From: Gammaproteobacteria bacterium
GTDB lineage: Bacteria; Pseudomonadota; Gammaproteobacteria; Eutrophobiales; Eutrophobiaceae
DNA length: 64,000 nt
NCBI GenBank assembly: GCA_004297165.1
Contig: SCUJ01000006.1
Coordinates: 1,648,045 to 1,712,044 of the forward strand
Direction: 5' to 3'
Shown here piece by piece: positions 57,803 through 64,000 of this stretch. Position numbers and translations under genes: made by a program. The notes beneath the pieces are model-generated. The model searched no databases, was not told the origin of the DNA, and worked only from the letters and a program-made list of their open reading frames with translations. How positions within the stretch are numbered: the first letter of the stretch is position 1; every line of letters starts with the position of its first letter.

Positions 57803-59110
57803 TTAAACAGATTCGCGCCTGCGATTTAACAGCAGATACACCGCCACACCGGACAGGATCGTCAGCAAGGCGGCCAGCATCTGCACCGGCGTGCGCAACG
57901 CCGCGAGCGCCACAAACAGCAGGGTGAATGATACATAGATCATGGGCGCCCAGGGATAACCAGGCAGCGAAGCGCCGGACCCTGGCGTCCTTTTAACCAG
58001 GATGAAGAGGCTGCCGACAGTGACCGCAGCGCTGATGGACAAGGTCATGCCGAGGTAGGACAGGAGTTCCCGCAGGCTGCTGATCCAGACGACCACAATC
58101 GCGAGCAGTGCCTGCAACGCAGTCGCCAACCCGGGCGCGGCGGATTCGCGCAGACCCAGGCAGCGCGGCAGTAATCCGTCATCGGCCATCCGCGCATAGA
58201 CCCTCGGTCCGGCCATGATCATGGCGGAGACCGAGGTGGCAAGCGCCAGGATGATGATCGCGCGCACCAAGCCAGCGAGCGCATCCCCGCCGAGATACGC
58301 GGCGGCGACCGCGGCGACGTCGCCGCGGCCCGCGATGGTCTCTGCCTCGGGAGCGAGCACGAAGAACGCATTCAACAGCAGATACAGCGCCATCACAATG
58401 ACCGTGGCGATGAGCATCGCCCGGGGCACCGTGCTCACCGGATCCCGCGCCTCGCCCGCGATGTAGGTTGCGGCGTTGAATCCGGAGTAGCTGAAGGAGA
58501 CCCACATCAGGGTGACCGCGAAGGCGCTGAGCGAGAATGCACTTATGCCGGTTGGGTTCTCCGGCAAGCCGGACAGAGCGACCTTGTGCAGTCCGATAAT
58601 CAGACCTCCGATGACAATGAACCCCACGATGAGAACCAGCTTGAGGATGACGACGCCATTCTGCACCAGTGCACCCTGCCCGACCTGCCGTCCGTGCAAC
58701 AGGGCGACGAGACAGATGGCCAGAGTCGCGAGCACATTTTCCGGCAATGCATCCACTGGCAACAGGGGGAGCAGATAGACCTCAAGGCCGAGCGCGGCGG
58801 CTGCAATGGCGCCGGTAAATCCGGCAACGAGGGAGATCCAGCCGGCGATGAAACCCGCCAGTGGATGGATGTTCCGCGAGAGGTAGAGATACTCCCCGCC
58901 CGACAAGGGCCGCAGGCGCGCCAGTGCCCCATAACTCATGGCGCCGCAGACGGCGAGAATCCCACCCGCCAGCCAGGCACAGAGCACTAGAATGGGATCG
59001 CCGAGATCCGCCATGGCATATCCGGATGTTGTGAATACCCCGGCCCCGATCATATTTGCCACCACCAGGCAGATCAGGGTAAACAGCCCCAGCGAGTGTC
59101 TGCCTGTCAT
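57803..59110 (-). CDS. Amino acid permease (APC family)
   Basis: Start at internal ATG MTGRHSLGLFTLICLVVANMIGAGVF; 12 TM; upstream extension in ORF track is low complexity. Confidence 0.8.
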   Translation of the reverse strand: MTGRHSLGLFTLICLVVANMIGAGVFTTSGYAMADLGDPILVLCAWLAGGILAVCGAMSYGALARLRPLSGGEYLYLSRNIHPLAGFIAGWISLVAGFTGAIAAAALGLEVYLLPLLPVDALPENVLATLAICLVALLHGRQVGQGALVQNGVVILKLVLIVGFIVIGGLIIGLHKVALSGLPENPTGISAFSLSAFAVTLMWVSFSYSGFNAATYIAGEARDPVSTVPRAMLIATVIVMALYLLLNAFFVLAPEAETIAGRGDVAAVAAAYLGGDALAGLVRAIIILALATSVSAMIMAGPRVYARMADDGLLPRCLGLRESAAPGLATALQALLAIVVVWISSLRELLSYLGMTLSISAAVTVGSLFILVKRTPGSGASLPGYPWAPMIYVSFTLLFVALAALRTPVQMLAALLTILSGVAVYLLLNRRRESV

Positions 59111-59141
59111 CCGCGCTGCGCCGGAAGCGGCCCTTGAGGCA

Positions 59142-59708
59142 TCAGGTCCTGGGCAGGGTAACGCCGGTCTGGCCTTGATACTTGCCGCCACGGTCCTTGT
59201 AGGAGGTCTCGCAGACCTCGTCGGATTCGAGGAAGATGACCTGCGCCACACCCTCGTTGGCGTAGATCCTGGCCGGCAGTGGCGTGGTGTTGGAGAATTC
59301 CAGGGTGACGTGCCCTTCCCACTCCGGCTCGAGCGGGGTGACGTTGACGATGATCCCGCAGCGGGCGTAGGTGGATTTGCCGAGGCAGATGGTCAGGATG
59401 TTCCGCGGGATGCGGAAATACTCCACGGTGCGCGCCAGGGCAAAGGAGTTGGGCGGGATGATGCACACCTCCGCGTTCACATTGACGAAGCTGCTGGAAT
59501 CGAAGGCCTTGGGATCGACAACCGCGGAATTGATGTTGGTGAAGATGCGGAATTCCGGGGCGCAGCGGACATCGTAGCCGTAGCTCGAAGTCCCGTAGGA
59601 GATCAGCCGGCGGTCGCCATTCTGCTTGACCTGGCGCGGCTCAAACGGATCGATGAGGCCGTGTTGCTCCGCCATGCGGCGGATCCACTTGTCGGATTTG
59701 ACCGTCAT
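59142..59708 (-). CDS. dcd: dCTP deaminase
   Basis: 188 aa; conserved Dcd sequence throughout. Confidence 0.95.
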   Translation of the reverse strand: MTVKSDKWIRRMAEQHGLIDPFEPRQVKQNGDRRLISYGTSSYGYDVRCAPEFRIFTNINSAVVDPKAFDSSSFVNVNAEVCIIPPNSFALARTVEYFRIPRNILTICLGKSTYARCGIIVNVTPLEPEWEGHVTLEFSNTTPLPARIYANEGVAQVIFLESDEVCETSYKDRGGKYQGQTGVTLPRT

Positions 59709-60793
59709 CAGTTGTTCTGGATCACGATCTTGGGGAACCGCGCGCTGTAGTCCTTCGCGCGCATCGAGAGTTTCGCCGCCGTCCGGCGGGCCATCCGCCG
59801 GTAGATGGAGGCGATGTGCGAATCCGGCGCGATGGCGACTGTGGGCCGGCCGTTATCCGCGCCCTCGCGGATGCTGACATCCAGCGGCAACTGGCCGAGG
59901 AGGTCCACGCCATACTGTTCGGACATCTGCTGGCCGCCGCCCGATCCGAAGATCGCCTCTTCGTGCCCGCACTTGCTGCAGATGTGAATGCTCATGTTCT
60001 CGACGATCCCGAGCACCGGCACATTGACCTCCTGGAACATCCGCAGACCCTTCTTTGCGTCCAGCAGGGCGATGTCCTGCGGGGTGGTGACGATGACCGC
60101 GCCGCTGACCGGGATCTTCTGGCACAGCGTCAACTGGATGTCGCCCGTGCCCGGCGGGAGGTCGATCACCAGGTAATCGAGGTCGCTCCAGCGGGTCTGG
60201 GTCAGGAGTTGTTCAAGTGCAGAAGTCACCATTGGTCCGCGCCAGATCATCGGGTCTTCCTCGTTGATCAGATAACCGATGGACATGGATTGCAGCTTGT
60301 AACTGATGTTCGGCGCCATGGTTTTGCCGTCGCTGCTATCGGGCCGGGCCCGGCAGCCCAGCATGCGCGGCTGGCTCGGTCCGTAGATGTCGGCATCGAG
60401 TATGCCCACATTCGCGCCCTCTGCCTGCAGGGCCAGCGCGAGATTGACGGCGGTGGTGGATTTGCCCACGCCGCCCTTGCCTGAGGCGACAGCGATGGTG
60501 TTCTTGATCCCGGCCAGGGGTTTCACGCCCTGTTGTACCGCGTGGGAGATGATCTTCGAGGTGATCTTGACCTCGACCGTGCCCGCGATCGGTTCGAGCT
60601 TTTGCCGGATGGCCTGGGCCAGTTCCTCCCGATAGCCGTTGGCGGGATATCCCAGTTCGATATTGACGGTGACGCGATCCTTGCCGATATCGATATCCTT
60701 CACGGCCCCGGCGGCGACCAGGTCCGAATCGAGATTCTGATCGCGCACCTCTTTAAGGGCGGCCTTGATTTGTGCTTGGGTGACTTCAGACAT
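59708..60793 (-). CDS. apbC: Iron-sulfur cluster carrier ATPase ApbC/Mrp
   Basis: Walker [10 protein letters not shown], Mrp signature, CxxC near C-terminus; divergent from metG as in enterobacteria. Confidence 0.9.
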   Translation of the reverse strand: MSEVTQAQIKAALKEVRDQNLDSDLVAAGAVKDIDIGKDRVTVNIELGYPANGYREELAQAIRQKLEPIAGTVEVKITSKIISHAVQQGVKPLAGIKNTIAVASGKGGVGKSTTAVNLALALQAEGANVGILDADIYGPSQPRMLGCRARPDSSDGKTMAPNISYKLQSMSIGYLINEEDPMIWRGPMVTSALEQLLTQTRWSDLDYLVIDLPPGTGDIQLTLCQKIPVSGAVIVTTPQDIALLDAKKGLRMFQEVNVPVLGIVENMSIHICSKCGHEEAIFGSGGGQQMSEQYGVDLLGQLPLDVSIREGADNGRPTVAIAPDSHIASIYRRMARRTAAKLSMRAKDYSARFPKIVIQNN

Positions 60794-60945
60794 GAGTGGG
60801 ACCATCCAACGGAAAACAGGGCAGGTATTCTACCGATTCCGCCGCCGTGCTTCACGCAAAACTTCCCGCGGGATTTTCCCTCCCGCCCTTCAAGCCCCAC
60901 GTCATTAGTGATAACTTACCCGCTCGAATTTTCGGACTGCGAGTC

Positions 60946-63018
60946 ATGCCCCCAAAGAAGCGAAGGATTCTGGTCACCAGCGCCCTGCCCTATGCCAACG
61001 GACCGATCCACATCGGCCACCTGGTCGAATACATCCAGACGGACATCTGGGTGCGGTTCCTCAAGATGCGCTATCCGGAGCGGGACGGCCACAAGGTCCA
61101 TTATGTCTGCGCCGACGACACCCACGGCACGCCCGTCATGCTGCGCGCAGAGAAGGAAGGGGTTACACCGGAGGCGTTGATCCAGCGCATGCAGGTGGAA
61201 CACCTGCGCGACTTCCAGGGTTTCCACATCGAGTTCGACAACTATTACTCGACGCATTCGGCCGAGAATCGTCATTTCGCGGAGTTTATCTACGCCAGCC
61301 TGCGGGACAAGGACCTGATCGATAAGCGCACCATCGAACAGCTCTACGATCCGGTCAAGCAGATGTTCCTGCCGGACCGTTTCGTCAAGGGTGAATGCCC
61401 GAAGTGCGGCGCGAGGGATCAATACGGCGATTCCTGCGAGGCATGCAGTTCCACCTATTCTCCGGCGGACCTGATCAACCCCTATTCGGCGGTGTCCGGC
61501 GCGACCCCGGTAAAAAAACAATCCGAGCATTACTTCTTCAAACTCTCCGACCTACGCTGTGTGGAATTTCTGCGGGAATGGACCCGGCGCGCGCTGCAAA
61601 CAGAGGCGGCCAACAAACTGGACGAGTGGTTCAAGATCGGGCTGTCGGACTGGGACATCTCGCGCGATGCCCCCTATTTCGGCTTCGAGATCCCGGACGC
61701 GCCGGGCAAATATTTTTACGTGTGGCTGGATGCCCCGATCGGCTACATGGCGAGTTTCAGGGACCTGTGCAATAAACAAGGGCTGGATTTCGACGCCTAC
61801 TGGAAAGGCAAGGAGACCGAGCTCTATCACTTCATCGGCAAGGACATCCTTTATTTCCATGCCTTATTCTGGCCGGCCATGTTGCACTTCGCCGACTTTC
61901 GCGCACCGAATGGAATCTTCACCCACGGCTTCCTGACCGTGAACGGCGAGAAGATGTCCAAGTCGCGCGGCACCTTCATCAACGCCGCGAGCTATCTGGA
62001 GCACGGCCTAAACCCGGAATATCTGCGTTACTACTACGCCGCGAAACTCAACGGCACGATGGAGGATGTGGACCTCAGCTTTGATGACTTCGTCGCCAGG
62101 GTGAACAGCGATCTGGTTGGGAAGTTCGTCAATATCGCGGCGCGGGCCGCCGGTTTCATCCAGAAGCAATTCGGAGGCGCCCTCGCCGACTGCGCGGGGC
62201 ACATCAAGATCGACGAACGACAGGTCGGTGACATCGGAGTTTTATTAGAGTCGCGCGAATTCGGCAAGGCCATCCGCGAGATCATGGCAGCAGCTGATCG
62301 CGTCAACAAATACGTCGATGACAAGCGGCCTTGGGAACTGGCTAAAGATCCTGCCATGAAGTCTGAACTGCATCAGGTGTGCAGCGTCGCCATTAACGAA
62401 TTCCGCCGGATCGCCATATTTTTAAAACCCGTGCTGCCGGAACTGGCAAGAGCGACGGAGTCATTCCTCAATACCCGACCTTTCCAATGGTCTGACGCTC
62501 TGCAACTCTTGCCCGCCGGTCATCGCATCAATGACTATAAACACCTGATGACCCGCGTCGATCCAAAAAAGATTACCGCGCTGGTAGAAGCCAACCAGGA
62601 GACTCTCAAACCTACAGCCCCGCCGCCGCATTCGCAGCTAAGGCATGCACTGCACCAGGAGAATATCGTGGAAACTGTCAATCAAACTCCCGCCATCAGT
62701 ATCGACGACTTCGGCAAGGTCGATCTGCGCGTCGCCCGGATCGCGAATGCTGAACACGTCGACGGCGCGGACAAACTTTTGAAACTGACGCTGGACGCTG
62801 GCGAACTCGGCACGCGCCAGGTCTTCGCCGGCATCAAGTCGGCCTATGACCCGGAACAGTTAAAAGGACGCCTCACGGTCATGGTCGCCAACCTCGCACC
62901 CCGCAAGATGAAGTTCGGCGTCTCCGAGGGCATGGTGCTCGCCGCGAGCGGTAAGACGCCGGGCATCTACCTGCTCACGCCAGATTCCGGCGCCGAACCG
63001 GGGATGCGGATCAAATAA
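60946..63018 (+). CDS. metG: Methionine--tRNA ligase
   Basis: 690 aa; HIGH (HIGHLVEY) and KMSKS motifs; Zn knuckle CPKCG…CEAC; C-terminal tRNA-binding domain. Confidence 0.95.
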   Translation: MPPKKRRILVTSALPYANGPIHIGHLVEYIQTDIWVRFLKMRYPERDGHKVHYVCADDTHGTPVMLRAEKEGVTPEALIQRMQVEHLRDFQGFHIEFDNYYSTHSAENRHFAEFIYASLRDKDLIDKRTIEQLYDPVKQMFLPDRFVKGECPKCGARDQYGDSCEACSSTYSPADLINPYSAVSGATPVKKQSEHYFFKLSDLRCVEFLREWTRRALQTEAANKLDEWFKIGLSDWDISRDAPYFGFEIPDAPGKYFYVWLDAPIGYMASFRDLCNKQGLDFDAYWKGKETELYHFIGKDILYFHALFWPAMLHFADFRAPNGIFTHGFLTVNGEKMSKSRGTFINAASYLEHGLNPEYLRYYYAAKLNGTMEDVDLSFDDFVARVNSDLVGKFVNIAARAAGFIQKQFGGALADCAGHIKIDERQVGDIGVLLESREFGKAIREIMAAADRVNKYVDDKRPWELAKDPAMKSELHQVCSVAINEFRRIAIFLKPVLPELARATESFLNTRPFQWSDALQLLPAGHRINDYKHLMTRVDPKKITALVEANQETLKPTAPPPHSQLRHALHQENIVETVNQTPAISIDDFGKVDLRVARIANAEHVDGADKLLKLTLDAGELGTRQVFAGIKSAYDPEQLKGRLTVMVANLAPRKMKFGVSEGMVLAASGKTPGIYLLTPDSGAEPGMRIK

Positions 63019-63036
63019 GGGCGGCTGGGACGCGCG

Positions 63037-63624
63037 GTGAACATGTCCGAATCGGCCGCCATTCTGTTCAGCGCCTGCCTGCTCAACAACCTGATCCTGA
63101 CACATGGTCTCGGCATCCTGCCGGGACTCTCTCCCGCCGGGAACTGGTCAGCCGCAACCGGGCTCGCCCGCGTGATGCTGATCCTGCTGCCGCTTTGCAC
63201 CCTATCGGCGAACCTGCTGACGAATCACATCCTCGCGCCATTGGGGCTGGAATACCTGCAACTCATCTGCCTCGTGCTGGCGCTGCCCATCATCGTCCTT
63301 GCGCTGCTTGCACTCTTGCGACGGTGGGCCCCGGACATCGTCCGCAGATACTCGGTGTTTGTGCCGATTGCGCTGTTCAACACCGCGGTAATCGGCGCGG
63401 CCCTGCTCGATGAACGCGCTGGGCACGGCGCCTTCGCAGCGTTGCTGTTCGGCCTCGGTGCGGGTGCGGGTTACGGTCTGGTCATTTTGCTGCTCACCGA
63501 ATTGCAACAGCGTCTCGTCCCGGCTGAGATCCCGGCCAGCTTTCGCGGCCTGCCGATCCAGCTCATCACCCTCGGCCTTCTCGCCATGGCCTTCACCGGG
63601 CTTTCCGGCCCCGGCTCGCCTTGA
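63037..63624 (+). CDS. rnfA: Rnf/Rsx electron transport complex subunit A
   Basis: 195 aa, 6 TM, RnfA-typical sequence. Confidence 0.9.
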   Translation: MNMSESAAILFSACLLNNLILTHGLGILPGLSPAGNWSAATGLARVMLILLPLCTLSANLLTNHILAPLGLEYLQLICLVLALPIIVLALLALLRRWAPDIVRRYSVFVPIALFNTAVIGAALLDERAGHGAFAALLFGLGAGAGYGLVILLLTELQQRLVPAEIPASFRGLPIQLITLGLLAMAFTGLSGPGSP

Positions 63625-64000
63625 TCGCCTCCCTTCCGGCCGCTTTCCTTATCATCCTGCCGCTGCTCCTCATCCTTGCCCGGCTGCTGAAGTTTTTGCC
63701 CGAAAATAATAATGACGCGATCACTCGATTGACAGAGGACCTCGATCGCATCCTCCCGCAGACCCAATGCCGCCAATGCGGCTATGACGGTTGTGAACCG
63801 TATGCGCGGGCCGTCGCGAAAGGCACAGTCGCGCTAAATCTATGCGTCCCCGGCGGGTCTGCGACTGAGAGAGGGATCGCCCGGATCCTGGGACGCGAAC
63901 CAGCCACAAGCACAAATAAGGAGGCGCACGATGCGGATCCACAGATCGCTGTAATCGACGCGGCGAGATGCATCGGCTGCGTCAAGTGCATCCGCGCCTG
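63621..64000 (+). CDS. rnfB: Rnf/Rsx electron transport complex subunit B (5' partial in window; TTG start overlapping rnfA stop)
   Basis: N-terminal membrane anchor then CRQCGYDGCEPYA and CIGCVKCI ferredoxin-like Cys motifs; runs off window end. Confidence 0.75.
   Translation, partial: MIASLPAAFLIILPLLLILARLLKFLPENNNDAITRLTEDLDRILPQTQCRQCGYDGCEPYARAVAKGTVALNLCVPGGSATERGIARILGREPATSTNKEAHDADPQIAVIDAARCIGCVKCIRA

Noticed and set aside
1-64000. CRISPR arrays, rRNA or tRNA genes, integrases or phage genes
   Set aside because: No regularly spaced direct repeats, no tRNA cloverleaf-like GC-rich 75-90 nt elements noticed, and no recombinase-like ORFs.

Overview
This 64 kb window is high-GC (about 65%) chromosomal DNA, probably from a marine gammaproteobacterium, and is dense with genes on both strands. 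A conserved housekeeping block is present: cysS, glcD/glcE/glcF, ptrB, cysG, dcd, apbC(mrp) divergent from metG, and rnfA followed by a partial rnfB. The accessory content is three TonB-dependent receptors, two of them giant tandem paralogs of about 1250-1300 aa. There is also an aromatic/C1-type catabolic set: a carotenoid/lignostilbene-type dioxygenase, two GSTs, an amidohydrolase, and a LigM-like THF-dependent demethylase next to two Zn MetE-like methyltransferases. Other items are a chrA chromate transporter, an IlvD/EDD dehydratase with a LysR regulator, a PQQ sugar dehydrogenase fused to cytochrome c, a LiaF-like/LytS-type kinase/LytTR regulator module, and a lower-GC island encoding three PEP-CTERM proteins. 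The most notable finding is a pair of paralogous genes (6522..8264 on + and 25148..26776 on -). The ORF track splits each at a single in-frame TGA. In both copies the TGA sits at the same conserved position inside a U-S-[T/S]-C-[A/S]-P-x-V-V-G peptide, is followed about 11 nt later by a conserved hairpin compatible with a bacterial SECIS element, and the downstream half lacks an ATG start. This points to an apparently uncharacterised UxxC selenoprotein family. One copy has a signal peptide and the other sits inside the TonB-receptor cluster. The selenocysteine machinery (selABCD) is not visible in the window, so the call rests on sequence logic alone.
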